Positions 33,264 to 43,737 are shown, numbered from the stretch's first letter. The stretch is 64,000 nucleotides of DNA from Deltaproteobacteria bacterium (GCA_016875015.1 VGSJ01000001.1:12889-76888); one strand, 5' to 3'. Numbers and translations: made by a program. Notes: generated by a model not told the origin, from the sequence alone.

Positions 33264-34520
33264 TCAAATCCGGTCCCGGTCTCCCTGATTTACCAGACCA
33301 TAAAACAAACGCTCCCATTCTGCCATAATTTTTTCACGTCCCAACCAGGCTTCCGCAAATTGACGGGCCCTGAGCCCCATTTTTCTCCGGGCCTCTTCAT
33401 CTTGGGCCAGGTGGACAACGGCCTGGGCGAGGCTGCCGGCCGCTTCCGGGGGGGTCAAAAGGCCGGCCTGGGACTCCGTGGCGACTCTGCCCAATTCCGT
33501 CTCTGGCCGGGCAGTGGCAATAAATGGCCGCCCCGCGGACAGGATGTTGCCCAGTTTGGAAGGCATGACCAGGTCTGAGGCCTTGTCCTTCTGGACTACC
33601 AGGTGGATGTCGGCCGCCTGCAGCAGCAAAGGGAAACGGTCCCTCGATTGTACCGGCCAAAAGCTCACCGTCTCCAGGGCCAGACGTTGGGCCCGGTCCA
33701 TCAGTTGTTCCCTGGCAGCCCCTTCCCCCACGAACACATACCGGATGGCCTGATTATCGCGGGTAATGGCCGCCGCGTCCAGGATGATTTCCAGCCCCTG
33801 CTTCTCCCCCATGCTCCCGGCATACAGGACCATGATTTCGGCATTCAGCCCCAACTCCCGCCGCACGGCATTCCGGCGTTCTCCGGGCTTGATAGCCTCA
33901 AGGTCAGCCCAGTTGGGCAGGAGGTGGACGCGTTCCGGCGGCGCCCCTTTCTCCTGTATTCTGGCCGCCATGGCCCGGGAAATGGTGGTCACCGCCTGGG
34001 ACCGGGTGAAGAGGAAATGTTCCAGGCGCGAAAGGAGGGCGAAAAGGAGCGGTTGCTGGATGATCCCCAATTCACGGGCCGCATCCAGTTGCAAATCCTG
34101 AACGTGGAAGATGAAGGGGACCTTCTGGTGCCGGGCCAGGAGCGCCGGGACCAGTCCCGATTGCAGCAGGGGGCAGACCGCCAAGACGACGTCCCAGGAC
34201 CGCGCCCAGAGAGTCGGCCACCAGGCGAGGCAACTGGCTCCGAAGGAAAGCTCATGCAGCACCCGGCCCTTGCCGGTCACCCGGGCCGGGGCATAGAGAG
34301 GCGCGCGCAGGACCTCCACCCCCTCCAGCCATTCTCGCCGCCAGGCCGGCCGGCGGTATGCGGCCGGCACCCGCCACACCGGATAGTAGGGGGGGGCGGC
34401 GAGGACGGTAACGGCGTGCCCCCGTTCGTGCAGCCAGGCCCCCAACTCCCCGGTGTAACGCCCGATCCCGACAAACTCCGGAGCATAATTGATGCCGTGA
34501 ATCAGGATGCGCAGCGCCAC
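33264..34520 (-). CDS. Glycosyltransferase family 4, WcaI/WbuB-like
   Basis: 418 aa from a GTG start. MALRILIHGINYAPEFVGIGRYTGELGAWLHERGH is the WcaI-type N-terminus. GT-B C-terminal half. Confidence 0.85.
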   Translation of the reverse strand: MALRILIHGINYAPEFVGIGRYTGELGAWLHERGHAVTVLAAPPYYPVWRVPAAYRRPAWRREWLEGVEVLRAPLYAPARVTGKGRVLHELSFGASCLAWWPTLWARSWDVVLAVCPLLQSGLVPALLARHQKVPFIFHVQDLQLDAARELGIIQQPLLFALLSRLEHFLFTRSQAVTTISRAMAARIQEKGAPPERVHLLPNWADLEAIKPGERRNAVRRELGLNAEIMVLYAGSMGEKQGLEIILDAAAITRDNQAIRYVFVGEGAAREQLMDRAQRLALETVSFWPVQSRDRFPLLLQAADIHLVVQKDKASDLVMPSKLGNILSAGRPFIATARPETELGRVATESQAGLLTPPEAAGSLAQAVVHLAQDEEARRKMGLRARQFAEAWLGREKIMAEWERLFYGLVNQGDRDRI

Positions 34521-34524
34521 CGAT

Positions 34525-35505
34525 TCATCCTTTCCGGCCCCGGGCCGTCGCGATCAGGCAGTCCCCGGTCAGGTTCCGGTTGAGATGCCTGAACCAGGGC
34601 AACACCAGGGCCCGGGCCGTCAGCGTCAGCCCCGCGGCCATTGGCGCCGACCGCATGACGCGGTTGGTCCGGCCTTGGCGGGCGGCCAGGCTGACACAGA
34701 GAGATTGGGCCATCCAGAGAGCCGGGGTGAAGGTGTCGAGAGTCGTGATCTCGTAGCCGGCCCGCGTAAGGACCGTTTGCAGGGTTGCCGGGGAAAAGTG
34801 CCAAAGATGAAAGGGCACATGCCAGTTGACCCAGGCGCGTCCGAACACTCGGCGCCAGAGGCTGGCGGCATTGGGGCAGGAAAGCCAGACTTCCCCCTCC
34901 GGCCGCAGCAGGCGCCGCACCTCAGCCAGCATCTGCACCGGATCCCAGGCGTGCTCCAGGACGTTGGCCAGGACCACCACGTCGAAAAGCTCCTGGGGCC
35001 TGAACTGCCCCAGCGGCGACGTGTGCACCCGAAAGCCCCGCCCGCGGGCCAGGGCTGCGGCCGACTCGTTCAGCTCCAGGCCTTCCACCTGAAAGCCGTT
35101 GCCGGCATACAGGCTCAAGCCCCGCCCCTCATTGCACCCCACGTCCAGCAGCCTTCCGGTTCCCCGGCGTCCATGAAAACCCATGTCCCCGTCCCACGAG
35201 AGCCAGAGGCGATACAATCCGGAAGCGAAAAGGCGCTCCCTGAGGCCCCGATAGGCGCTGTCAGGTTTTACCCCGGCGTTATAGAACCGCTCGTATAAGC
35301 CTTTGAGTTCCCCTTCCGGCGGCCGGGGCCAGGTCTGCTCCAGGCCGCAGTGGCAACAGCGCCGAATGGCAAAAGTTCCCGGAGCCCCGAAGCGGTCGTC
35401 AAACAATCCCTCCAAAACCGGCCGGCACGTCTGGCCGCACATCAGGCACGACGCAGCGTCATCTGTCCGGGTTGGCGCCGGGAATCTGTTGGTAGAGAAA
35501 TTCAT
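34525..35505 (-). CDS. Class I SAM-dependent methyltransferase with N-terminal Cys4 zinc-ribbon
   Basis: 326 aa. CLMCGQTC...CCHCG, motif I LLDVGCNEGRG, and VVVLANVLEH. Its ATG overlaps the upstream gene stop (ATGA). Confidence 0.8.
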   Translation of the reverse strand: MNFSTNRFPAPTRTDDAASCLMCGQTCRPVLEGLFDDRFGAPGTFAIRRCCHCGLEQTWPRPPEGELKGLYERFYNAGVKPDSAYRGLRERLFASGLYRLWLSWDGDMGFHGRRGTGRLLDVGCNEGRGLSLYAGNGFQVEGLELNESAAALARGRGFRVHTSPLGQFRPQELFDVVVLANVLEHAWDPVQMLAEVRRLLRPEGEVWLSCPNAASLWRRVFGRAWVNWHVPFHLWHFSPATLQTVLTRAGYEITTLDTFTPALWMAQSLCVSLAARQGRTNRVMRSAPMAAGLTLTARALVLPWFRHLNRNLTGDCLIATARGRKG

Positions 35506-36332
35506 TTATGCTCAACGAGCTTTTTCTCATATAACTTGGCATCTATAAGAAAACGAAACCAAAACGTCTGTAAAACAAAAAATATCAAACCTTCCTTACC
35601 ACATAAAAAACCAAGCCTGATAAAGTAACGGTAGAAGAATAATAAAAAAGGCCTGACAAAAAGAGGCAAGTGGTTATAAAAATTCCGCCAAAGTCTTTTT
35701 TTTTGCACCGGAGTTCCCGTTAGACGTCCTTGGATACGCCCTTCAGTCTGGTTCCCGAGCATCTCCATAACTTCGGCATCAGACCAGCGATTATGCCGTG
35801 ACGTCCATTCACTAAGATTCATGCCGATGTTATCGATCATAACTCCGGATAGTTTGCTGGAAGGTCCGGTAACATAGAAATGTTGATCATACTGGCGTTC
35901 TTCGCACCTTCCCTTCCCATGCCGGATTAAGCGCATATGCCAGATAGGAAACATCCCGCCATATTTTATCGGCCGCCCCATGAAATGCACCAGTCGGGGA
36001 ATATAATAACCATTAATGCTCTCCGGAAAACAGTTCTTGAGAGAATTAAGCTGATTAATCAATTCTTCTGAAAGTCGCTCATCTGAATCCAGGTGCAATT
36101 CCCAATCATATTTCATGGCTAAATTATCCATAGCCCAGTTCCTTTGAGATCCATAACTCAAGAATTCATGTTTTACAATATTGACCGAATATCTTTCGCA
36201 AATTTCCAAGGTTTTATCAGTACTATAAGAATCTACGATATGGATATCATCAGATACTTTTGTTGCAGCTTCCAACGTTGATGTAATATTGTTTTCAGAA
36301 TTAAAAGTTAATATAATCACAGAAATACTCAT
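35502..36332 (-). CDS. Glycosyltransferase family 2
   Basis: 276 aa. ISVIILTFNSENNI...VDSYSTD...DSDE. AT-rich gene. Confidence 0.8.
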   Translation of the reverse strand: MSISVIILTFNSENNITSTLEAATKVSDDIHIVDSYSTDKTLEICERYSVNIVKHEFLSYGSQRNWAMDNLAMKYDWELHLDSDERLSEELINQLNSLKNCFPESINGYYIPRLVHFMGRPIKYGGMFPIWHMRLIRHGKGRCEERQYDQHFYVTGPSSKLSGVMIDNIGMNLSEWTSRHNRWSDAEVMEMLGNQTEGRIQGRLTGTPVQKKRLWRNFYNHLPLFVRPFLLFFYRYFIRLGFLCGKEGLIFFVLQTFWFRFLIDAKLYEKKLVEHK

Positions 36333-36464
36333 AAATATCCTTTAATTTAGGCTGAGAACGCTATCTGCGCTTCATTTTGGTTCCAATGATTGTCGCAACA
36401 GTCAAATTTATTATTGACGCATGGCTTCATATTTTCCTTCAAAAAGCATATTGTTCTACCATTT

Positions 36465-37649
36465 TTATTTCATGCGCCGGCGATGCCGGTCAATAATGGC
36501 AGCATAGGATTCTTGCAGCCTGATGGCGATATTATGCCATTCATAATCGTCCCTTACGAGCTTTTTGCCTTTTTGTCCCATTTGATATGCCGTTTCCGGT
36601 TTATCTAATAAATCCAAGATGCCATCTGCTAGTTTAGGCGCATCACACGGAACCACTTTCCCGGCTCCAGCCAATTCCACTTCCCGCCAGATATTAACGT
36701 TATCGGAAATGATCACCGGCAGGCCGGCGGCCATGGCTTCGACTACTGCCAGGCCGAAATTCTCTGAATAGGATGGCAGGACAAACATCGCCGCGTCCCG
36801 GTAGGCGGCCACCTTGTCGGGCCCCAACAGCATCCCCGTGAAGGTGGACCGCGCCAGGACCCCCTCATCTTTGAGCCAGGACCGCACCCGGTCCCCCCAA
36901 CCTTCATTGTCGGGCCCGGCAACCACCAGGTGGACGTCCTGCCGGCGGCGGGCCACGGCGCCGAACGCCTGGGCCAGGATATCCAGGCCTTTTTTGAAAT
37001 TAACCCTTCCCAGAAACAGGATGATGGCCTTATCGCCGATTTCGGGATACCGGGACCGGAACCGGCCCGGCTCCGGCATGAGCTCAAATTCAGCCTGGTC
37101 TATTCCCAGGGGCACCACCAGGCCCGGAGTCTGGAAGGTGAACGGCGCCGCCAGCTCCTGTTCATTTGCCGTAGTGAACAGGATGGCCTCAGCTTTCCGG
37201 ATATTCCGGTTCTGGAATCCCCATTCCAGGAGTTGTTTGCGCCCGCGATGACGTCGATAGATAAAGGGGTCCAAAGCTCCATGCGGTTGGATAAGGTAGG
37301 GAACCCCATGAACCCGGCAGTAGTAACCCGCCACCAGATCGTGGAAGAGATAGAGGTTATGAACGTGCACCAGATCAGAGACTTTGATTTTCCGCCGTAA
37401 ACCTCCGGCCAGGGGCAGGGAGGTGCTCCAGAACCTGGGTGGTTGAATGGGGAAATACCTTACTTCCACCCCCTCCCGCCATACCGGCCGGTCAGTGGGC
37501 GCCTGAAGGGTCCCGGGGCCATCCTGGTTGGTGGTGTAGATGCTTACCTCGTGACCCAGATCGGCCACGGCCCGGGCCATTTCCCAACAGGCTTTGAAGG
37601 GGCCGCCGTAACGGGGCGCCAAATTGGCAATGACATGCAAAATTTTCAT
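36465..37649 (-). CDS. Glycosyltransferase family 4 (GT-B)
   Basis: 394 aa. PSYSENFGLAVVEAMAAGLPVIISD, the E-x7-E type motif. Confidence 0.85.
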   Translation of the reverse strand: MKILHVIANLAPRYGGPFKACWEMARAVADLGHEVSIYTTNQDGPGTLQAPTDRPVWREGVEVRYFPIQPPRFWSTSLPLAGGLRRKIKVSDLVHVHNLYLFHDLVAGYYCRVHGVPYLIQPHGALDPFIYRRHRGRKQLLEWGFQNRNIRKAEAILFTTANEQELAAPFTFQTPGLVVPLGIDQAEFELMPEPGRFRSRYPEIGDKAIILFLGRVNFKKGLDILAQAFGAVARRRQDVHLVVAGPDNEGWGDRVRSWLKDEGVLARSTFTGMLLGPDKVAAYRDAAMFVLPSYSENFGLAVVEAMAAGLPVIISDNVNIWREVELAGAGKVVPCDAPKLADGILDLLDKPETAYQMGQKGKKLVRDDYEWHNIAIRLQESYAAIIDRHRRRMK

Positions 37650-37732
37650 GCCTTCGATTCCCTACTCAGGGCGTCGGCACGGTTGCCGGGGAAATCAAAA
37701 CTCGGGTGAAGCAGGGTAACGGGTACGTCGGG

Positions 37733-38572
37733 CTACTCCCACGCCACGGTTTGCCACAGCCGGCCTTTCAGCCTGGCCGTATCCCGATACATGCTCAGAT
37801 AGTTGCCGTTGATGACTTGCCACAATCTGAAGAGCCACAGCCAGCGCGTCTCGAGAGCGTAACGCCTGAGCTCGGCGGGCAACAGTTCCCGCTGCCACCT
37901 CGCCATTTCGGCTTGGGCCTTCTGCCGAAAGACCGTCGGTTTTTGGCCCTCATGCTGCCGAAACACGGAAAGATACCGGTTAACATAACTATAGCGCGTA
38001 CCCCTGGCGATCATGCGCAGGTAAAGGTCGTTGTCCATGACATAGTGCAGGTCGGTCCGCAGACCTCCCACCGCCTCGTAATCTTGCCGCTTAAAAAAAC
38101 TTCCCGGTGGATTGAAGGCAAAAATACCGCGTTTGGCGAACCAACCGGCATTGGCGGGATGCCGCTTGCAGCGAGTGATGCGTCCTTCTTTATCGAACAG
38201 AATATAATTCCCGCCGAACAGACCCCCGGTCGGATTTTCCTGCCAGGCCCGGGCGATGGCGCAAAGGGATCCCGGCAGCAGCGCGTCATCACTGTTGACC
38301 CACCCCAAAAGATCCCCCGTGGCCCGGGCTAATCCTTGAGCAATGGCGTCCGATTGGCCCTGGTCCGGCTCACTCCGCCAATACGCCAGGCATGAAGCAT
38401 ACCGCTCAATAATCGCCCGGCTATTATCGGTGCTTTGCCCATCCAGGATCATAAATTCGAGGCTTGGGTAGTGCTGATCGAGGATGGAGCGGATGGCTTC
38501 TTCCAGGAACATACCCTGGTTGAAAGAGGGCATGACGATGCTGATTCGGGGAAAATTCATGTCAGGCAACAA
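37733..38572 (-). CDS. Glycosyltransferase family 2
   Basis: 279 aa. ISIVMPSFNQGMFLEEAIRSILDQ...DGQSTD...NSDD. Confidence 0.85.
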   Translation of the reverse strand: MLPDMNFPRISIVMPSFNQGMFLEEAIRSILDQHYPSLEFMILDGQSTDNSRAIIERYASCLAYWRSEPDQGQSDAIAQGLARATGDLLGWVNSDDALLPGSLCAIARAWQENPTGGLFGGNYILFDKEGRITRCKRHPANAGWFAKRGIFAFNPPGSFFKRQDYEAVGGLRTDLHYVMDNDLYLRMIARGTRYSYVNRYLSVFRQHEGQKPTVFRQKAQAEMARWQRELLPAELRRYALETRWLWLFRLWQVINGNYLSMYRDTARLKGRLWQTVAWE

Positions 38573-38644
38573 GCCGCCGGGAGTGCTGAACCGATTTTAA
38601 TCCGCTGGTGCATAGGTTAGCACTTTTCCAGGGATAAGAGTATC

Positions 38645-39874
38645 TCATAGTGTGGTCTCGCGCCGTCCGGCGCGGCTTGCCAGACCCAGCGCCTGGCGCA
38701 CTGCGACGATGTCCTCCTCAAACCCCCAGCCGCGGATAATTTCCAGGGATGCCTGCCCCATGCGCTCTTTGGCCCCGTCTTTAAGGGCCAGGCGCAGGGC
38801 TTGGGCCAATGCCGGTCGGTCTCCGGGAGGAAAGCGAAAGCCGTTGTAACCCGGCTGGACCAGATCAGCTGCGGCTCCCACGCGCTCGGAGGCGACAATC
38901 GGCAGGCCGGAGCACATTGCCTCGTTGATCACCAAGCCCCACGGTTCATCTTCCGAGGGCAGCACGAATACGTCTCCCATGGCGTAGAGGCGCGGGAGCT
39001 CGGCCTGATTGCGAAATCCCAACAAGTGGACCCCGGTCAGATGGCGGTTACTGACATAACGGCGACAAGCTTCGAAGGTCTCCCCGGTTCCCACCAGCAC
39101 CAGGCTCACCCCGGCCAGACCGAGGCTCTCAAAGGCCTGGATCAAGTCTAAGACTCGTTTGCGCCGCTGAAAACGGCCCACATAAAGGATGACCTTAGGC
39201 GCCGCAATGCCGTATTCCTGTTTTAGCCGTTCCCGCTGAGGCGCCCAGATTTCTCGCTGCTGAAAGAAGTAGGCATTATCCACGGCATAGGGCATCAGGA
39301 AAATCTTCGCCTCACTCACCCCGTAATGCCGGTAGTACTCCCGGTTGAGGGCGCCGATGGCCATTAAGGCATCCACCTGCCCGAAGAGCCAGGGCAGCAG
39401 GATGCCCTTGAGGCTTCGGCGCGAGGCGTTAACCGGTAATTTCAGGGTGGGTTCCGAGCGCACCAGAACTTTCGTGCCCAAGCGCCGGGCCACCAGGATC
39501 GCCGCTAACTGGGTAAAATTGTGATAGGAATGGACAAAAAGGGCGTCATAACGCCCCCGCCCCAAGGCCGTGATGATACCGGGATTCACCCGGCACCAAA
39601 AAGAGCTGGAATTTCTGGTGAGCGGCAGATTGCGCCAAAACCTGGAGCGAAAGCCCTGGAGCAGGGGCCGGCCGAACGAAACCGCCTGGCCGTAGCCGCT
39701 GACCGGGTCGGCGGTATCCAACCCCTCGTCCGAGCAAAACCAGACTTCCGGGTCCAGATCCGGCTCCTGCGCCAGGCGCCGCCACAAGGCGGTCTGATAA
39801 TGAATCGGATGTAACGTCAGTATGGCCAGGCGCAGTTTTCCCCGGCTGGTGGTCTGATTGTGCATAACCATCAT
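38645..39874 (-). CDS. Glycosyltransferase family 4 (GT-B)
   Basis: 409 aa. PSEDEPWGLVINEAMCSGLPIVASERVGAAADLV. Confidence 0.85.
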   Translation of the reverse strand: MMVMHNQTTSRGKLRLAILTLHPIHYQTALWRRLAQEPDLDPEVWFCSDEGLDTADPVSGYGQAVSFGRPLLQGFRSRFWRNLPLTRNSSSFWCRVNPGIITALGRGRYDALFVHSYHNFTQLAAILVARRLGTKVLVRSEPTLKLPVNASRRSLKGILLPWLFGQVDALMAIGALNREYYRHYGVSEAKIFLMPYAVDNAYFFQQREIWAPQRERLKQEYGIAAPKVILYVGRFQRRKRVLDLIQAFESLGLAGVSLVLVGTGETFEACRRYVSNRHLTGVHLLGFRNQAELPRLYAMGDVFVLPSEDEPWGLVINEAMCSGLPIVASERVGAAADLVQPGYNGFRFPPGDRPALAQALRLALKDGAKERMGQASLEIIRGWGFEEDIVAVRQALGLASRAGRRETTL

Positions 39875-39897
39875 GAGGTTCTCAAGTAATCACCTGG

Positions 39898-40137
39898 CTT
39901 AGTACAGTGGTTCATAAATACGGTAACGTCTTTCTTACTTCGTGCAGATCACTTCCCCCTCACCCTGACCCTTTCCCCCATTGGGGGATAGGGGAAAAGA
40001 TGGGACCGATTTGATGCTCTGGCATCATAAAAATCTGGCGACCTAACCTACCCCCTCTCCCCCCGCTTCGGGGGGAGAGGGGGTAGGTTAGGGGGGCGAT
40101 ATATGATGTTAGCTTATTTATGAAATCCTGTACTTAG
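39898..40137. mobile_element. MITE-like element, family C (240 bp; TIR CTTAGTACAGtggTTCATAAATA / TATTTATGAAatcCTGTACTTAG) containing a perfect 23-bp stem-loop
   Basis: Termini read directly as imperfect inverted repeats. The internal hairpin 40042-40092 is CCTAACCTACCCCCTCTCCCCCC-gcttc-GGGGGGAGAGGGGGTAGGTTAGG. It occupies the 288-bp gap between two glycosyltransferase genes. Confidence 0.6.
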
Positions 40138-40162
40138 CACCATTGATGACCATAAATCTTTT

Positions 40163-41449
40163 TCATAATGGGCGACTCTCAGAAAATTTGTCGGGCCCTA
40201 GAGAAGCATAAAGACGGATTAACCCCTGATGGTAAACTTCGGGGGCAAACTCACGCACGGCCGCAGCCCTGGCCGCCAGGCCCATCTCTCTGCGCCTGGC
40301 AGGATGGTTATACAACTCCAGGATGCGGGACCTGATCGCTTCTGGGTCACGTATGGGCGCCACGAACCCCTCAACGCCGTCCTTAACGATAGAACCAGAA
40401 TTGGGAGTCGTTATGATCGGTAAACCGCAAGCCATGGCCTCTTGAATGACTCGGGCGGAGCCTTCCATGAGGGAAGGAAATACGAAGACCGAGGCGTTTT
40501 GATAATGCGCCACCAACTCCGCTTGCGGCAAAACCGGCAGGAGACGAAATTTGGCTTTTATCTGAGCCAGGCGTGCTTCTATGTCCACCACCGTGCCGAT
40601 GAGGATGAGTTCGGCGTCCGGCAATTTTAATTTTTCCCATGCCTGGAGCAGATAGAGCGCCCCTTTCCGCAAACCGATCTCCCCCACAAAGAGAATCCGG
40701 AAAGGTTCCGGCTTTGAGCCGGCGACCGGCGCCGGGGAGAAGCGAGCCAGATCTACCCCCAAGGTTAAAATCGTTATCTTGTCTGCCGGGATTCTCCGGC
40801 ATGCCATGAGCGTCTCCCGCACAAAACCTGAGTTCACTAAAATATGGTCAGCCGCATCAATATCCTGGGACACGCACCGCCAGTGCAGATCCGGAAACTC
40901 CTCCGGCAGACCCCACCGGGACGCCTCGGTCTGAAGCATTTCCGCAATGACCAGGGGGTCGGCGATGGAGTGGTCCACCAGACACACCGCGCCGGCTCGC
41001 CTGGCCCGGGCCATGGCGCCCCGGCCGTAACCGGAGCGCACATGCAGCACATCAGCGCCTTGGACGTAATATTGGGACAGCCGGCCAAATAATTTCATGG
41101 ACCAGTAGGAAAAAAATCCCGGGGCAAACCGCTTTGCCAGGGGGGAGCGCCCCAACCGTTCCACCAAATCCGGAGCCAGCAAGGCCACCACCTTGGATGG
41201 GTCGAGACCTTCCTGCCGCCGGGCCAGCAAACGCTTGGAAACTCCGGCCCCCAGCATTTTCCGGCCGGCGGCGCTTTTCAGGAACTCGATCAGAGCGTCG
41301 TTCTTGAGATAACCACCGGCAATAAATTTCTTTAAGACCCCCCCCTGCTGACAGGCCAAAGCCGTCTGATACATGTGGAAGCGATGGCAACCGTTGGAGA
41401 CCACTACGCGGGGAAGAGTTTTAGACAATGGGCTTGTTGGGTTTTGCAT
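40163..41449 (-). CDS. Glycosyltransferase family 4 (GT-B)
   Basis: ATG 41449 (MQNPTSPLSK) overlaps the upstream stop (TGATG). The track ORF starts at an upstream TTG (41524). PSLMEGSARVIQEAMACGLPIITTPNSG. Confidence 0.82.
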   Translation of the reverse strand: MQNPTSPLSKTLPRVVVSNGCHRFHMYQTALACQQGGVLKKFIAGGYLKNDALIEFLKSAAGRKMLGAGVSKRLLARRQEGLDPSKVVALLAPDLVERLGRSPLAKRFAPGFFSYWSMKLFGRLSQYYVQGADVLHVRSGYGRGAMARARRAGAVCLVDHSIADPLVIAEMLQTEASRWGLPEEFPDLHWRCVSQDIDAADHILVNSGFVRETLMACRRIPADKITILTLGVDLARFSPAPVAGSKPEPFRILFVGEIGLRKGALYLLQAWEKLKLPDAELILIGTVVDIEARLAQIKAKFRLLPVLPQAELVAHYQNASVFVFPSLMEGSARVIQEAMACGLPIITTPNSGSIVKDGVEGFVAPIRDPEAIRSRILELYNHPARRREMGLAARAAAVREFAPEVYHQGLIRLYASLGPDKFSESRPL

Positions 41450-42678
41450 CAATCCACCGGGCCGATTCGGGCCGCCGGGTTCTTTTTGAAAAAGTCGCCT
41501 ACTCCCTCGGCAATCGCCTGGCAACCATAGTTATTTGGATGACCATCGTCGTTAAGCGAATAAGGTTGCAGTCCCTGCAAGAGCTTATCTTGCAGATACG
41601 GTTGAGAATCGATGTAGGGAATATCGTTGGCCTGCAAAAAGTTTTTAGTTTTTTTCCACATTAATCGCTCATTTTGTAACAAACTTAAATAATTCAAGTC
41701 GTTGATTCCATGAGCCGCAACGCTAAAAACACTTTCTTTCGTTGGAATTAACACCACATAGAATCTGATCCCCTGCTTAGCACACAGGTTAGACATAATT
41801 TTGAAGGTTTTCAATGAAATGTCCAGTCCCTCGGAAATTCTGACATCATCTAAATTCACGACGGTCAAACGGTATGCGGGAGTTAAGATAGTCTTGATAT
41901 TTTGATTCTCTAATATTACTGCTTTTTGTTGCTCATGAGATTTCACGAAATTTTTTAGATTATCCCAGGTTTTACTTTCATCTTCAAAAGAAATATCCCA
42001 GAGACGCTTTTTGGTAAAGCTTATTACTCTATAAATTTTGACATGATTTCGCAAAAATGATTTAACAGTAATAAGAATATCCTCATCTTTAACCGCTTGG
42101 GCCACGTTGATATCCGCCTTGGATGCCTTCTTGTCAATAGTTTCCTGAAGGTCGAGCGCCGCAATTCTTTCCAAGACCTGTCGGTCACGGGTTTTTAAGA
42201 AATCTAGCCCATTTTTCGACGTATAAACCAAAGAGAATGAGTCGAACAGATCATTGCCCGCATAAAAAGCTTCGATGATAATCTTGGGTTTCTTGGCCAT
42301 CGCTTCAGGTAAAAGCAAGAGACTTTGTACCGGCCCCCAGCCGCCGAAGGCCATATTATAAACCGAAAGACCGGTAGACTTTGCGAGTTGCTGGGGCCAG
42401 GCATTGGCGCGGCTGACGCCGGTGCCATACGTTTGGGAATCTCCCAAAACCATAATATCAATATGTGGGGGAATAGTCTTATTCCGGAAGCCGTTGCTAT
42501 CATGATCAGGATTTTGGGGGTTGGGCCGATGTCCCAAAACCTTATCTGGAATACTTGGGTCTATATCTGATAAAATCCCATTAGGAATAATAAAATTAAT
42601 AATTTGCAAAGAACCTTCTACTAAAAAGACAGGCAGTAAAACCATTACGCCATAAAATAATAGCTTGCGGGTTCGCAT
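41449..42678 (-). CDS. Membrane-anchored SGNH/GDSL hydrolase-fold protein (glycan O-acyl esterase/transferase candidate)
   Basis: 409 aa with an N-terminal TM. Block I VLGDSQTYG, block III YAGNDLF, block V DDGHPN. AT-rich gene. Confidence 0.7.
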   Translation of the reverse strand: MRTRKLLFYGVMVLLPVFLVEGSLQIINFIIPNGILSDIDPSIPDKVLGHRPNPQNPDHDSNGFRNKTIPPHIDIMVLGDSQTYGTGVSRANAWPQQLAKSTGLSVYNMAFGGWGPVQSLLLLPEAMAKKPKIIIEAFYAGNDLFDSFSLVYTSKNGLDFLKTRDRQVLERIAALDLQETIDKKASKADINVAQAVKDEDILITVKSFLRNHVKIYRVISFTKKRLWDISFEDESKTWDNLKNFVKSHEQQKAVILENQNIKTILTPAYRLTVVNLDDVRISEGLDISLKTFKIMSNLCAKQGIRFYVVLIPTKESVFSVAAHGINDLNYLSLLQNERLMWKKTKNFLQANDIPYIDSQPYLQDKLLQGLQPYSLNDDGHPNNYGCQAIAEGVGDFFKKNPAARIGPVD

Positions 42679-42703
42679 ACCTTATTATTGCGATTGATTT
42701 GGT

Positions 42704-43717
42704 TTAAAAGCTCTTTTGGTCAAGTATAAAAATACAATCTTTATCAAAAATGCTTTTAGCGGTGTCGTAAGTTTTTCTGCCCATACGCATTGCCTTTTGC
42801 CAAGGCAAACTTGCCACCGGATCTCTTATACTCTTGCCGATCTGAACCTTATGCAAAAAAGGCGATACTTCGCGCTTGGCGTCCAAGAGGGCCCCGATAT
42901 AAGGCGCAAATAGGTAAGTGCGCATGAAGGTCGACAGCTTGAGGTGGAAGGACGCCAGGTTGGTCAAATAGATCCATCGATTTACCTGTCTGAACCCGTG
43001 GAAGTGAAAGAAAATCAACGGATCTTCCTCGACATAGACCTGGTTTTCCCGCCAATAAAGCCAGTAGCCGCCGATGTTCCATGGGGCCAGATTGGCCCCT
43101 TTATGTTGCAAAACCAGCAACCCTGGAAACCGGGTGGGCCAGTCATCCAAATATTTTTGATCCGCCATACGCCCGGCATCAGGCCAGTCATGACACCATT
43201 CCAGACATTTCTCCCGCCACCACCGGAGGGCGGCCAGACCCGCGCCATCCCTCCGGAAAGACAGCCAGCCCACATTATATTTGCCGTTGGCCCCAGCATC
43301 ATTCAAGTAGGGCGGGAAGCGGTGCTCGATAATCGCTATGGAGTGGTCGGATATTTCATCAAATACCGGTTTCGGGCTATTGAAAAAAAATAAGTCCGCA
43401 TCCAGATAGGTAATGAGATTCACATCAGGATGGTTGGCTAATATGAATAACGGTAAAGAAGGGGTGCAGGTAAAATAATATTCAATCAGCGAGCGGTTCT
43501 GTTTGGCTTTGAGAAGTTCCCTATCGAATCTTTCAAAATCTTCCAAGGAGATTAAATGAATCTCCTCATAGTTTAATTTACTTAAAATATCATAGCACAG
43601 TTGATCCATACATAAGATATAGAGCTTGAATGACTGACAATGTTTTTTAAGGGAAGTATATAGTGCCAGCCCTTTTATTAAATAATGCCGGTCAAAATAC
43701 GTGCAAAAGCAGAACAT
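42704..43717 (-). CDS. Putative nucleotide-diphospho-sugar (GT-A-like) transferase, family unclear
   Basis: 337 aa. The N-terminus MFCFCTYFDRHYLIKGLALYTSL and the YLDADLFFF (DxD) motif resemble GT8/GT-A-like capsule transferases. AT-rich. Confidence 0.5.
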   Translation of the reverse strand: MFCFCTYFDRHYLIKGLALYTSLKKHCQSFKLYILCMDQLCYDILSKLNYEEIHLISLEDFERFDRELLKAKQNRSLIEYYFTCTPSLPLFILANHPDVNLITYLDADLFFFNSPKPVFDEISDHSIAIIEHRFPPYLNDAGANGKYNVGWLSFRRDGAGLAALRWWREKCLEWCHDWPDAGRMADQKYLDDWPTRFPGLLVLQHKGANLAPWNIGGYWLYWRENQVYVEEDPLIFFHFHGFRQVNRWIYLTNLASFHLKLSTFMRTYLFAPYIGALLDAKREVSPFLHKVQIGKSIRDPVASLPWQKAMRMGRKTYDTAKSIFDKDCIFILDQKSF

Positions 43718-43737
43718 GACGTGTTCCTATCCGGGCC

